A DNA stretch of 61,781 nt, counting the filler, from Candidatus Tectimicrobiota bacterium (lineage in GTDB: Bacteria; JACPSX01): assembly GCA_016193065.1 (NCBI GenBank). It is 8 parts of 8 records of this genome, joined end to end, with 100 filler letters (N's around TTAATTAATTAA, not from the genome) between each part and the next. Parts side by side here need not be neighbours in the genome. Positions count along the whole stretch, not along the records: positions 36,460 to 45,941 come from JACPSX010000221.1; positions 46,042 to 51,020 come from JACPSX010000096.1; 6 more parts are not named here. The stretch is one strand, 5' to 3'. A program made the translations under genes and the position numbers. Position 1 is the stretch's first letter; every line of letters starts with the position of its first letter. This document shows, piece after piece, positions 40,084 to 49,873 of this stretch. Under the pieces are notes generated by a model. The model saw nothing but the letters and a program-made list of their open reading frames with translations. It was not told where the DNA came from and did not search any database.

Positions 40084-40365
40084 ATGATCAAGACGTTTGC
40101 CGACAGGCATACGCAGGAGTTGTACGAAACGGGGAAGTCGAAGCGGTTTCCGCCGGAGATTCGAAAGAGGGCGTTGCGGAAGTTGGAATACATCGATTTG
40201 GCGGCGGGATTGGATGATTTAAGGGTTCCACCCGGCAATCGGCTTCACGAACTGGAAGGGGATCGGAAGGGGCAATACTCCATTTCCGTCAACGACCAAC
40301 GGCGTATTTGCTTTCGTTTCGTCGATGGCGACGCCTATGACGTGGAGCTTACGGATTATCATTGA
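40084..40365 (+). CDS. higB: HigB (RelE-like) toxin
   Basis: MIKTFAD, PPGNRLHELEGDRKGQYSISVNDQ, TDYH. Confidence 0.93.
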   Translation: MIKTFADRHTQELYETGKSKRFPPEIRKRALRKLEYIDLAAGLDDLRVPPGNRLHELEGDRKGQYSISVNDQRRICFRFVDGDAYDVELTDYH

Positions 40366-40377
40366 GTGAGGTGCGAC

Positions 40378-40692
40378 ATGAGCATTCCCAACACGAGAGA
40401 GAGGAAAGTTCGCCCGATCCATCCCGGCGAGATGATCCGGGAGGATTTTCTGCCGGACTATGGGCTCACCGTATCGAGCTTTGCCAAGGCATTAGGAGTA
40501 TCGCGGCAGACGGTTAACGAGTTGCTTCGGGAGCGTCGGGCGGTGAGTCCGGAGATGGCGCTGCGGCTCTCGCGGCTGTTTGGCAATACTCCGGAATTTT
40601 GGTTGAACGCGCAGCGTGCCGTGGATTTATGGGATGCAGCGAAGGTTGCTAAGAAGAAGATTGAGCGTATCACTCCGTTAAGCGCCGCATAA
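40378..40692 (+). CDS. higA: HigA family antitoxin
   Basis: PIHPGEMIREDFL, LGVSRQTVNEL, SPEMALRL, PEFWLNAQ; stop lies within GCATAAC (R''-like). Confidence 0.93.
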   Translation: MSIPNTRERKVRPIHPGEMIREDFLPDYGLTVSSFAKALGVSRQTVNELLRERRAVSPEMALRLSRLFGNTPEFWLNAQRAVDLWDAAKVAKKKIERITPLSAA

Positions 40693-40815
40693 CCTCCCGG
40701 TTGCAAAGGCGGAAAGCTTCGTTGACAAAAACTTCCTCGCCGTATGAATCGCTGGACAGGGGTTTGCGGATTATGCTAGTGTTGACACGGGTTTAAGCCG
40801 GGAACGGGTGATCCT

Positions 40816-41778
40816 TTGAGCATCATCGAGCGGGCCAAAAAGGTATTGGAAATCGAGAGCAAGGCCGTTGCGGCTCTGATCGACCGGGTGGGGCTGGAGT
40901 TTGTCTCCGCCGTGGAGCTCATTGATAAATGCCGGGGCCGCCTCATCGTCACTGGCATTGGGAAATCGGGGCTCATCGGAAAAAAAATCGCCTCCACGTT
41001 CGCCAGCATGGGCGTCCCAGCGCTCTTCATGCACCCTGTGGAGGGCGTCCACGGGGATCTGGGCATGGTCGTCAAAGGGGACGTGTTGATCGCCATCTCC
41101 AAGAGCGGCGAGACCGAGGAGATCCTCAAGCTGCTGTCGGTCATCAAGCGCTTCGGCATCAAGTTAATTGCTCTCACGGGAAATCCGGAGTCCACACTGG
41201 CCCGCCGCAGCGACGTGGTCCTCAACGTGGGGGTCTCGGAGGAGGCCTGCGTCTTGGACCTTCTCCCCACGGCCAGTACGACAGCCACTCTGGCCATGGG
41301 GGACGCTCTGGCGGTAACTCTCCTGGAAAAACGGGGGTTCAGCCCCGATGATCTGGCCCTTTTGCACCCCGGCGGGGTCATCGGGAAAAAGCTTCTCCTG
41401 CTGGTCGGGGATCTCATGCACAGCGGCAATGAGCTTCCGCTGGTTCGAGAAGAGGCCACCTTGAAAGACGTCATTTATGAAATTTCCTCCAAACGTCTGG
41501 GGGTCACCAGCGTAGTGGACGGGGAGGGAACGTTGAAGGGAATCGTCACCGACGGGGACCTCCGCCGTCTCATGGAGCGGCAAGAATTCCCAATTTCCGT
41601 GCGGGCGGCGGACTTCATGACGAAAAATCCCAAGACCATTGAGGATTCAGCCCTGGCAGCCGAAGCCCTGCAGGTCATGGAAAAACACTCCATTACCTCC
41701 CTTCTGATCCTGAACGGGTCTCGCCAGCCGAAGGGGATCATTCACCTCCACGACATTCTTCGATCCGGGGTGGTGTAA
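40816..41778 (+). CDS. kdsD: arabinose-5-phosphate isomerase (KpsF/GutQ; SIS + 2 CBS)
   Basis: TGIGKSG, HGDLG, PTASTTA, LHPGG, CBS pair. Confidence 0.93.
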   Translation: MSIIERAKKVLEIESKAVAALIDRVGLEFVSAVELIDKCRGRLIVTGIGKSGLIGKKIASTFASMGVPALFMHPVEGVHGDLGMVVKGDVLIAISKSGETEEILKLLSVIKRFGIKLIALTGNPESTLARRSDVVLNVGVSEEACVLDLLPTASTTATLAMGDALAVTLLEKRGFSPDDLALLHPGGVIGKKLLLLVGDLMHSGNELPLVREEATLKDVIYEISSKRLGVTSVVDGEGTLKGIVTDGDLRRLMERQEFPISVRAADFMTKNPKTIEDSALAAEALQVMEKHSITSLLILNGSRQPKGIIHLHDILRSGVV

Positions 41779-41818
41779 GGGCCGCTGATTTTCCCGGGCA
41801 CCCATTGAGGATCTCCTC

Positions 41819-42346
41819 ATGTCAGAAACATCCCGACGGCGGGCCTTGAAGATTCGCATGATCCTGCTGGACGTGGATGGGGTGTTGACCGACGGCCGCA
41901 TACTCCTGGGGGACGACGGGGTGGAGCTGAAGGCCTTCGACGTCAGAGACGGCCACGGCATTAAGCTGGCCCAAAAAGCAGACATTGAGGTGGGGTTTTT
42001 GACTTCCCGAAAGTCGTCCGTCGTGGACCGCCGCGCCGCTGAGCTTGGCGTCTCCCTGCTCTTCCAGCAAGCGGCCGACAAAGGGGGAGTTTTCCGGAAG
42101 ATCCTCCAGGCCCGCAAAATCCGCCGGGAAGAGGTGGCTTACCTGGGCGATGATCTGGTTGATTTGCCCGTCTTGAGACAGGTGGGACTGGCCGGGGCAG
42201 TGGCTGATGCGCCGCTGGAAGTGAAAGCCGCGGCGCACTGGCGGGCGAAGAGCCGGGGAGGGCGTGGAGCGGCTCGGGAGTTCATTGAGTTTATCTTGAA
42301 GGCCCAGGGCCGCTGGCAGGAAATCGTCAAGGAGCTTCACGGCTGA
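41819..42346 (+). CDS. kdsC: KDO 8-phosphate phosphatase
   Basis: LDVDGVLTDG, FDVRDG, GDDLVD, GGRGAARE. Confidence 0.93.
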   Translation: MSETSRRRALKIRMILLDVDGVLTDGRILLGDDGVELKAFDVRDGHGIKLAQKADIEVGFLTSRKSSVVDRRAAELGVSLLFQQAADKGGVFRKILQARKIRREEVAYLGDDLVDLPVLRQVGLAGAVADAPLEVKAAAHWRAKSRGGRGAAREFIEFILKAQGRWQEIVKELHG

Positions 42347-42420
42347 GCGGGGCCTGCCGCCGTGCCGCGTTCCCACTTGGTGCTGCAGGGGCTGAGACTT
42401 TTTCGAGAGGGGAGCCTTCT

Positions 42421-43212
42421 ATGGCTTGGGAACTGGGGAAAAAAGGGCAGGAAGCCCAGGCCTGGGACAAGGTCAACAACCCAGGTGAGATTGAAAAGCA
42501 TCTGAAGGATCTCTGCGATCGTCAGGTGGTGGCCGAGATTCTGTCGGATAACCGGGATAATGAAGACCAGGTTTTTCAGGGGACTTTCAGAAGATGTGAG
42601 GGAGTAGGTGGAAAGAGATTTGTCGTTCTGGACACCTTGCGCCCGAGCGGGATGATCCAGCTTCTCAGCGAACATTCTTTCCTATCTCTGCTTTACTTCT
42701 TTGATGCCTCGGGCGTGGGACTTGATCTGATGCCCTATTATTTCGATTCCCAGGGGCTGGGCCAGGTACCCGGTGACTTGCCTGCCATGCGGGTTGCCTG
42801 GCCGGGGGTTATCCACCGGATGCAGCGCCGGCAGTTCTTTCGCGTGGATCCTTCACCGACCGAGCCCGTGCGGGTCCTGTTCCCGCACTTTCCGGGCGGG
42901 GGCGACGTGGCCTTCGAGCAGAAAGTGGCCGATGTGAGCAGCGGCGGTTTTTCTGTGCGCATGCGGGCTCCTGCGGTCTCGGAGGGACAGGAAGTCGGGA
43001 ATATCCTCATCGTTCTTCCCGACCAATACTCGTTCACGGTTTCGGCCCTGGTGCGTCGCATCATCCGGGAAGGGCGGTGGCATCCTGACTATCCTTTGAG
43101 GGCTGCTTTTGAGATTACGCGCTTCGAGCCCCGGGGGGCTGAGGAGCAGTTGAGCCGCTACATTTTTCGCCAGCAGCGGGAGATGATCCGGCGGCTCAAG
43201 AGAGGGCGTTAG
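42421..43212 (+). CDS. YcgR-like PilZ-domain protein
   Basis: QRRQFFRV and DVSSGG motifs; YIFRQQRE C-terminus. Confidence 0.82.
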   Translation: MAWELGKKGQEAQAWDKVNNPGEIEKHLKDLCDRQVVAEILSDNRDNEDQVFQGTFRRCEGVGGKRFVVLDTLRPSGMIQLLSEHSFLSLLYFFDASGVGLDLMPYYFDSQGLGQVPGDLPAMRVAWPGVIHRMQRRQFFRVDPSPTEPVRVLFPHFPGGGDVAFEQKVADVSSGGFSVRMRAPAVSEGQEVGNILIVLPDQYSFTVSALVRRIIREGRWHPDYPLRAAFEITRFEPRGAEEQLSRYIFRQQREMIRRLKRGR

Positions 43213-43331
43213 TACCGTTCCAACTAGATTCGCCCGATGTGGGCGAAGTGCCATGCAGCATAAGTACGGATCACGCGAACCGGAAGCGGGGTCCAGAGGA
43301 GTTGGAACGGCATTAGGCTGGAGGAGGTTCC

Positions 43332-44882
43332 ATGTCCATTGAGGACGGTCTCGAGGAGTTGCGCCGCCGCAATGCGGAGGCGGAGCAGGGGGGCGGGCCC
43401 GAGCGCATTGCCCGCCAGCATGAGGCCGGCAAGCTCACGGCCCGGGAGAGGCTTAACCTTCTCCTGGACGAGGGGAGCTTTGTCGAGCTGGATCGCTTCG
43501 TCGTCCACCGCTGCACCGACTTCGGCATGGAGAAGAACCGGATTCCCGGGGACGGCGTGGTCACGGGGTACGGCCGCATCGAGGGCCGGCTCGTCTACGT
43601 GTTTGCCCAGGACTTCACCGTGTTCGGTGGATCCTTGAGCAAAGCCTACGCGGAAAAAATCTGCAAGATCATGGATCTGGCCATGCGCATGGGGGCCCCG
43701 GTCATCGGCCTGAACGACTCGGGAGGGGCCCGCATCCAGGAAGGGGTGATGAGCCTGGGAGGCTATGCGGACATCTTCCTGAGGAACACGCTGGCTTCCG
43801 GTGTCATCCCGCAGATTTCGGCCATCATGGGCCCCTGCGCCGGGGGGGCCGTCTACTCTCCGGCCATCACGGATTTCATCGTCATGGTGAAGAACACGAG
43901 CTACATGTTCATCACCGGCCCCGACGTTATCAAGACCGTAACCCACACGGAGGTGACCCGGGAGGATTTGGGGGGAGCAGTCACCCACAACGCGGTTAGC
44001 GGCGTCGCCCACTTTGCCGCGGACGGCGAGGAGGAGTGCCTGCAGTTGATCCGTGATCTGCTGAGCTTCATTCCCCAGAACAACCTGGAAGATCCCCCGC
44101 GTCTTCCCAGCTCCGATGAACCCCGGCGCCGGGACGAGGCGCTGCAGACACTGATCCCGGACAGTCCCACCAAGCCCTACGACATGAGGGAGCTGATACG
44201 GGCTGTGGTGGACGACGGCTACTTCTTTGAGGTGCAGCCCCACTTCGGGCAAAACCTCGTCGTGGGCTTTGCCCGCCTGGACGGCCGCTCCGTGGGCATC
44301 GTGGGAAATCAGCCCGCGGTTCTGGCGGGAACCCTGGACATCAACGCTTCCGTCAAAGGGGCCCGCTTCGTGCGCTTCTGCGACTGCTTCAATATCCCCC
44401 TGATCGTCTTTGAGGACGTGCCGGGATTTCTTCCCGGTGTGGACCAGGAGCACGGGGGGATCATCCGGCACGGCGCCAAGCTCCTCTACGCGTTTTGCGA
44501 GGCCACGGTTCCCAAGATCACGGTGATTACCCGCAAGGCCTACGGCGGGGCCTACTGCGTGATGAACAGCAAGCACATCCGGGGGGATGTGAACTTCGCT
44601 TATCCCACGGCCGAGATTGCCGTGATGGGTCCGGAAGGGGCCGTGGAGATCATCTACCGGCGGGAGATTCAGGAAGCCCCGGATCCGCAGGATTTCAAAG
44701 AAGCGAAGGTGGAGGAGTTCCGGAAAAAATTCGCCAATCCCTATGTGGTGGCTGAGCTCGGTTACGTGGATGAGGTCATCGAGCCCAGGGATACCCGCCC
44801 GAAGTTGATCCAGGCCCTGGAGATGACCCGCAACAAACGCGATCAGAACCCTGCCAAAAAGCACGGCAACCCGCCGTTGTAA
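43332..44882 (+). CDS. pccB: acyl-CoA carboxylase carboxyltransferase (PccB-like)
   Basis: [44 protein letters not shown]. Confidence 0.92.
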   Translation: MSIEDGLEELRRRNAEAEQGGGPERIARQHEAGKLTARERLNLLLDEGSFVELDRFVVHRCTDFGMEKNRIPGDGVVTGYGRIEGRLVYVFAQDFTVFGGSLSKAYAEKICKIMDLAMRMGAPVIGLNDSGGARIQEGVMSLGGYADIFLRNTLASGVIPQISAIMGPCAGGAVYSPAITDFIVMVKNTSYMFITGPDVIKTVTHTEVTREDLGGAVTHNAVSGVAHFAADGEEECLQLIRDLLSFIPQNNLEDPPRLPSSDEPRRRDEALQTLIPDSPTKPYDMRELIRAVVDDGYFFEVQPHFGQNLVVGFARLDGRSVGIVGNQPAVLAGTLDINASVKGARFVRFCDCFNIPLIVFEDVPGFLPGVDQEHGGIIRHGAKLLYAFCEATVPKITVITRKAYGGAYCVMNSKHIRGDVNFAYPTAEIAVMGPEGAVEIIYRREIQEAPDPQDFKEAKVEEFRKKFANPYVVAELGYVDEVIEPRDTRPKLIQALEMTRNKRDQNPAKKHGNPPL

Positions 44883-44890
44883 GAGGAAGC

Positions 44891-45941
44891 ATGTTTCAAA
44901 AGGTGCTGGTAGCCAACCGGGGTGAAATTGCCGTCCGGATCATCCGGGCCCTGCGGGATCTGGGGGTGCAGGTCGTGGCGGTTTATTCGGAAGCCGACCG
45001 GGAGGGGCTGCCGGTGCGCATGGCCGACGAGGCCTATTGTCTGGGGCCTGCTCCCCCCCTGGAGTCCTACCTGGCCACGGACAAGGTGGTCGAAATCTGC
45101 CGGTCCTGCGGCGCCGAGGCGATTCACCCGGGCTACGGATTCCTGGCGGAGAACCCCGAGTTTTTCCAGGAGTGCGCCCGGGCGGGCATCACCTTGATCG
45201 GACCGAACGCCCGCGCCGTGCAGATCATGGGGAGCAAGATTTCCGCCCGGCAGGCGGCCGAGTCCATGGGTGTCCCCATCGTGCCCGGGGCGACCACGCG
45301 GCTGGCCAGCGAGAAAGAGATTGTCCGCAAGGCGCAAGAGATCGGCTATCCCATTCTGCTGAAGGCCGATGCCGGAGGAGGCGGCAAGGGGATGCGGATT
45401 GTCGGCAGTCCGGAAGAGATCCGCGGGGCCCTGCGTGCGGTGCGCTCCGAGGCGCTTTCCGCGTTTGGGGACGACGGACTGTACCTGGAAAAATATCTCG
45501 ACCGGCCCCGCCACATCGAGATCCAGGTCCTCGGGGACCGGCACGGAAATTTGATTCATCTCGGAGAGAGGGAGTGCTCGATCCAGAGGCGCCACCAGAA
45601 GGTCATCGAGGAGTCTCCTTCGCCCTTCGTGGATTCCAGTCTCAGAGGGGCCATGGGAAACGCCGCGATCCTGGCGGCCCGCGCGGTCGGCTACGACAGC
45701 GCCGGGACGGTGGAGTTCCTGGTGGACCGGGAGCGGCGCTTCTATTTTTTGGAGATGAACACCCGGCTTCAGGTGGAGCACCCGATCACCGAGATGGTGA
45801 CCGGAATGGACATCGTTCAGGAGATGATCCGCTCCGCCGCCGGAGAGCCTCTGCGGATCTCTCAGTCCGATGTCTCCTGGCACGGCGCCGCCATTGAGTG
45901 CCGCATTTACGCCGAAGATCCCGAAAACAACTTTCTCCCCT
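44891..45941 (+). CDS. accC: biotin carboxylase (3'-truncated)
   Basis: ANRGEIAVR, HPGYGFLAEN, GGGGKGMR, EMNTRLQVEH. Confidence 0.93.
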
Positions 45942-46194
45942 NNNNNNNNNNNNNNNNNNNNNNNNNNNNNNNNNNNNNNNNNNNNTTAATTAATTAANNN
46001 NNNNNNNNNNNNNNNNNNNNNNNNNNNNNNNNNNNNNNNNNGAATACCCCTTATCAGATCATTTTACAGAAAGGGGCGGGACAAAGACAGGAGTTTCTGC
46101 TGATCTCCGTCCTTCTTCCTTGACGGCGCGTTTATTTTCGGTCATGGTAGTCATGTCCGTGGCTTTTCCGTGTCTTGAAGAGGAGCAAAGGCCA

Positions 46195-46386
46195 ATGGCA
46201 AAACGAGGCGGCCACAATAGTTTTTTGCGCCGGCAAAAGGAGCGTCAACGCCAGGAAAAAGCGGCTGCCAAGCGCCAGCAGAAGCTGGAGCGTCGCCGGG
46301 CCGGACGTTTGGGTTCCCAGGGCTCATCTGACCCGGGCGAAGAGCCCCGCTCGGATGAGCCGCCCTCCGAGGAGAGCTTGTCTTGA
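46195..46386 (+). CDS. small basic/acidic hypothetical protein
   Basis: AGGAG RBS; MAKRGGHNSFLRRQKERQRQEKAAAKRQQKLERR with acidic tail. Confidence 0.65.
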   Translation: MAKRGGHNSFLRRQKERQRQEKAAAKRQQKLERRRAGRLGSQGSSDPGEEPRSDEPPSEESLS

Positions 46387-46437
46387 TCCCAAAAGCGCTT
46401 CCGGCGGCGCACCGGAACACCCCCTGCTTATTAGGGC

Positions 46438-46466
46438 TTGCGGACGGACTTTTTCTGTGCTATCCT
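46438..46466 (+). promoter_or_regulatory. promoter for the DEAD-box helicase leader
   Basis: TTGCGG-17 bp-TATCCT with extended TG. Confidence 0.55.
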
Positions 46467-46656
46467 TGTCAGGAATGACGAACCGCGAGCAGGAAGCCTT
46501 CCTTGCCAGAAGCCGACCCGCTCTGGAGCGGGTCTTTCCCTTACCCGGTAGGACATAGCGGTACCCTCCAAGGTTCGAAATCCTAAACGTGCGGCGGTTG
46601 CCGCAGCTATGTCCCTTCGCCCTCTAAGGGCACCGGGATCAGGAGATTCTCCACTC

Positions 46657-47868
46657 ATGCCTTTCGCACAACTGGGCCTCGTGCCCGAACTCCTGCGTGC
46701 CGTGAAGCACGCGGGCTATGAAACTCCCACCCCCATCCAGGTGCAGGCCATTCCCGCCGTATTCGCAGGGAAAGACCTCTTCGGGTGCGCCCAGACGGGC
46801 ACGGGGAAGACGGCGGCCTTTGCCTTGCCCATCCTCCAGCGCCTCAAGCCGGGAAAGGGCAGGCGCCTCAGGGCCCTCATTCTGACCCCCACCCGCGAGC
46901 TCGCGGTTCAGGTAGCCGAGAGTTTTGGAGCCTACGGCCGCTTTCTCTCCCTGCGTATCGGGCTGGTCTATGGGGGGGTGAGTCTGTCCCCCCAGGAAAA
47001 CGATTTGCGCCGGGGGGTCGATGTCCTGGTCGCCACGCCGGGCCGCCTGATGGACCACATGTCCCGCGGCAACGTGGACTTCCAGCACCTGGAGTTCCTG
47101 GTCCTTGACGAGGCTGACCGCATGCTGGATATGGGATTCATCGACGATGTAAAGGACATCATCCGGACTCTCCCCAAGAAGAGGCAAACCCTCTTGTTCT
47201 CGGCGACCATGCCCTATGCCATCCAGCGGCTGGCTGATGAGATTTTGCGGGATCCTGTGGGGATCGAGGTGACCCGCCGCGCCACTCCCGTGGAGACCGT
47301 GCGCCAGACGGTTCACTGCGTGGCCGGCTGGGACAAGGCCAAGCTTCTCAACCATCTTTTGGAAAACCAGGTCATGTCGCAGGTCCTCGTGTTCACCCGC
47401 ACCCGCAGGGGGGCTGAAACCCTTACGCGCTTTCTCAATGAGCATGGGAAAACCGCCGCATCCCTGCACGGAGACAAGACCCAGAACGAGCGCACCAAAG
47501 CACTGGAGGCCTTCCGCTCCGGCCGCTACAGCGTGCTTGTGGCCACAGACGTGGCGGCTCGGGGACTCGACATAGATGGAATCTCTCATGTGGTGAATTA
47601 CAATGTCCCCGAGACCCCCGAGAACTACGTGCACCGCATCGGCCGCACGGCCCGGGCCGGAGAGGCAGGAGACGCCATCACCTTCATGGCACCCGAGGAA
47701 ACCAGCTCCTTGCGGGCCATCGAGCAGCTCATCGGCCAGAGCATTCCGGAGGAAGCCGTGGAGGGCTATTCCTTACCGCCTCCCGTAGCCCGGCCCGTGA
47801 AGAGGGTCGGCACCCGAGTATTTCGTCCGCGCAGGCTCCTGGTCTCGAGCGGAGGGCGCCGGCGCTAG
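46657..47868 (+). CDS. DEAD-box RNA helicase (RhlE-like)
   Basis: AQTGTGKT, PTRELA, TPGRL, DEAD, SAT, ARGLD, HRIGRTAR. Confidence 0.96.
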   Translation: MPFAQLGLVPELLRAVKHAGYETPTPIQVQAIPAVFAGKDLFGCAQTGTGKTAAFALPILQRLKPGKGRRLRALILTPTRELAVQVAESFGAYGRFLSLRIGLVYGGVSLSPQENDLRRGVDVLVATPGRLMDHMSRGNVDFQHLEFLVLDEADRMLDMGFIDDVKDIIRTLPKKRQTLLFSATMPYAIQRLADEILRDPVGIEVTRRATPVETVRQTVHCVAGWDKAKLLNHLLENQVMSQVLVFTRTRRGAETLTRFLNEHGKTAASLHGDKTQNERTKALEAFRSGRYSVLVATDVAARGLDIDGISHVVNYNVPETPENYVHRIGRTARAGEAGDAITFMAPEETSSLRAIEQLIGQSIPEEAVEGYSLPPPVARPVKRVGTRVFRPRRLLVSSGGRRR

Positions 47869-47884
47869 GCGGACGCCATCACGG

Positions 47885-48361
47885 TCAAAGGACGCCGGGG
47901 ATCCAGCGCTTGACTTTTTTCGTGTAGTCGAGGTAAGGCTCGCCGAAGAGTTCGACGAGACGGCGTTCGTCTCCCAGAATCCGGTAGTGGAACCAGATCG
48001 CCGTCCCGATAGTGATCAACGCGGCCAGGGCAGATCTCAGGGTCAGGGTAAGTCCCGTCAGGAAAATAATGTGCCCTAGATACATGGGGTTTCGGATATA
48101 GCGGTACGGACCCGAGGTAGCCAGCCGCTCCGGGGGCTTCTCAAGGCCCGGCCCGCCGCCTCCTATCCTCCTGCGGTATTTTCCGCAGAGCCGGTACTGC
48201 CCGTAGCCCCAGATCATGAGCACGAGAAAGTAGGGTTCCACGACCAATTTCCCGCCCCGCACGAAAAACTCCCAGAGCAGGGTGGCGAGCGGATAGAGGA
48301 AAAACGACCGGTTCGGCGTCGTCTTCACGAACTTGACCACCGACTGGATCCCTGAGGACAT
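47885..48361 (-). CDS. isoprenylcysteine carboxylmethyltransferase/PEMT family protein
   Basis: LATSGPYRYIRNPMYLG, DERRLVELFGEPY. Confidence 0.85.
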   Translation of the reverse strand: MSSGIQSVVKFVKTTPNRSFFLYPLATLLWEFFVRGGKLVVEPYFLVLMIWGYGQYRLCGKYRRRIGGGGPGLEKPPERLATSGPYRYIRNPMYLGHIIFLTGLTLTLRSALAALITIGTAIWFHYRILGDERRLVELFGEPYLDYTKKVKRWIPGVL

Positions 48362-48467
48362 GAGTTCTTGCTCCTCTCTTGACCATTCACTCGCGCCGAG
48401 CCGGAATCGAGCCCTCAATATAACACAGAGCAGATCGGGGACAACCCGGCCACACGCGGAAAAACAC

Positions 48468-48513
48468 TTGACACTTCCACCGGCAGGGCTATCTTAATTC
48501 GACAGATGTCGAA
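48468..48513 (+). promoter_or_regulatory. arsR promoter with operator
   Basis: TTGACA-16-TATCTT followed by TTCGACA-GA-TGTCGAA (48498-48513). Confidence 0.7.
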
Positions 48514-48526
48514 ATAAAGAGGTCTC

Positions 48527-48817
48527 ATGAAAAACCTTCCCCGCCTCTTCAAAGCGCTCTCCAACGAGAACCGGCTCAAGCTGTTCGAACAGATCCGCAA
48601 GAAGGAGCTGCGCTGCCAGGATGATTCCTTTGAGGGCTGCTGCGTGGGCGACGTGGCCGCAGGGTTCCGGCTGGCCCTGTCTACGATCTCCCATCATTTG
48701 AAGGAGTTGCGGGATGCCGGTCTCATCATTTGTGAGAAGCGGGGCCAATGGGTCTATTGCCGGGTGAACCGCGATGCCCTGAAGAAAGCGGAGGCCTTTT
48801 TGAAGGGGAAAACGTAA
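48527..48817 (+). CDS. arsR: ArsR/SmtB family transcriptional regulator
   Basis: FKALSNENRL, GCCVGDV, STISHHLKELRDAGLI. Confidence 0.88.
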   Translation: MKNLPRLFKALSNENRLKLFEQIRKKELRCQDDSFEGCCVGDVAAGFRLALSTISHHLKELRDAGLIICEKRGQWVYCRVNRDALKKAEAFLKGKT

Positions 48818-48833
48818 AAAAATTTGCCTCGGT

Positions 48834-48853
48834 ATTTCGAAGATTTTCGAAAT
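48834..48853. promoter_or_regulatory. second ArsR-type operator upstream of arsM
   Basis: ATTTCGAA-GATT-TTCGAAAT; same TTCGA-N6-TCGAA core as 48498-48513. Confidence 0.65.
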
Positions 48854-48935
48854 TGAGGACTCTGCGGCAAGACCGGGGTTGAACCGGGATCTGCGCCCAG
48901 GGAGAACGGACCAAACGGAGAAAGGAGGCGTTCGA

Positions 48936-49733
48936 ATGGAAACGGGAGATCGGGAAAACGAGATCAAGGAATTTGTCCGCAAACGGTACGGGGAGCTGGC
49001 CGTAAAGAGCACCGGGGCCGGCCGCTCGAGCTGCTGCAGCCCTCAATACCCAGGCCCAAAAGGGGTCGGCTACCCGGATACCGATCTTCAAGCGCTCCCC
49101 GCCGAGGCGGTAAGCGCCGGTGCAGGCTGCGGGAACCCCACGGCCATTGCCGAGATTCAAGAAGGAGACCGGGTCCTGGATCTGGGCAGCGGCGGCGGGA
49201 TCGACGTCTTTCTGGCCGCGGAAAAGGTGGGAGCGTCAGGGCATGTGATTGGAGTGGACATGACTCCGGAGATGGTCGAGCTGGCCCGAAGCAACGCGGG
49301 GAAGCTCGCCGCCGCCAACGTGGAATTTCGCCTCGGGGAAATCGAGAACTTGCCGGTGGAGTCCGGAACCATCGATGTGATCTTGAGCAATTGCGTCATC
49401 AATCTCTCTCCTGAAAAGGAGAAGGTGTTTGCCGAGGCGTTTCGTGTGCTGAAACCCGGGGGAAAAATCATCATCTCCGACGTGGTCTCCCGTCAGGAAC
49501 TCCCACCCCAGGTCCGCGACAGCCTGGCCGAGTGGGCGCGCTGCGCCGGCGGCGTCATTCCGGAGGACCGGTATCTGAACCTCATGGAACGGGCGGGCTT
49601 TTCCCCCATCGAGGTCCTGAGCCGCACCCCGTTCGAGGGCCTCTGGAGCGCCCTCATCCGGGCCACGAAACCTGCTGGGCAAGACCTTGCACCGACCTTG
49701 AGCAAAGAAAATTCCTGCTGCTCGTGCGGATGA
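48936..49733 (+). CDS. arsM: arsenite methyltransferase
   Basis: SCC, GCGNP, LDLGSGGGID, GVDMTPEM, SNCVINL, WARC; AGGAGG RBS. Confidence 0.9.
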   Translation: METGDRENEIKEFVRKRYGELAVKSTGAGRSSCCSPQYPGPKGVGYPDTDLQALPAEAVSAGAGCGNPTAIAEIQEGDRVLDLGSGGGIDVFLAAEKVGASGHVIGVDMTPEMVELARSNAGKLAAANVEFRLGEIENLPVESGTIDVILSNCVINLSPEKEKVFAEAFRVLKPGGKIIISDVVSRQELPPQVRDSLAEWARCAGGVIPEDRYLNLMERAGFSPIEVLSRTPFEGLWSALIRATKPAGQDLAPTLSKENSCCSCG

Positions 49734-49873
49734 CACAAAGTGCAAGGGGCCTCATTTTTCGCCCGCAAAGGATCGGTTGAACAGACGGGCCGGAAAATTC
49801 TTGACAAGCCCGGCCCCGGATCTTCTATGATAATTGTGCCCATCTTGCCAAGCTGGAGGAAAGGAGAGTCTCG

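Noticed and set aside
46551-46614. tRNA gene suggested by GGTTCGAAATCC
   Set aside because: Arm order and lengths do not form a cloverleaf and there is no anticodon arm or CCA; treated as leader structure instead.
49700-49760. Selenocysteine read-through at the arsM TGA
   Set aside because: The catalytic positions are already Cys, the TGA follows a natural C-terminus, and I recognised no SECIS-like hairpin.
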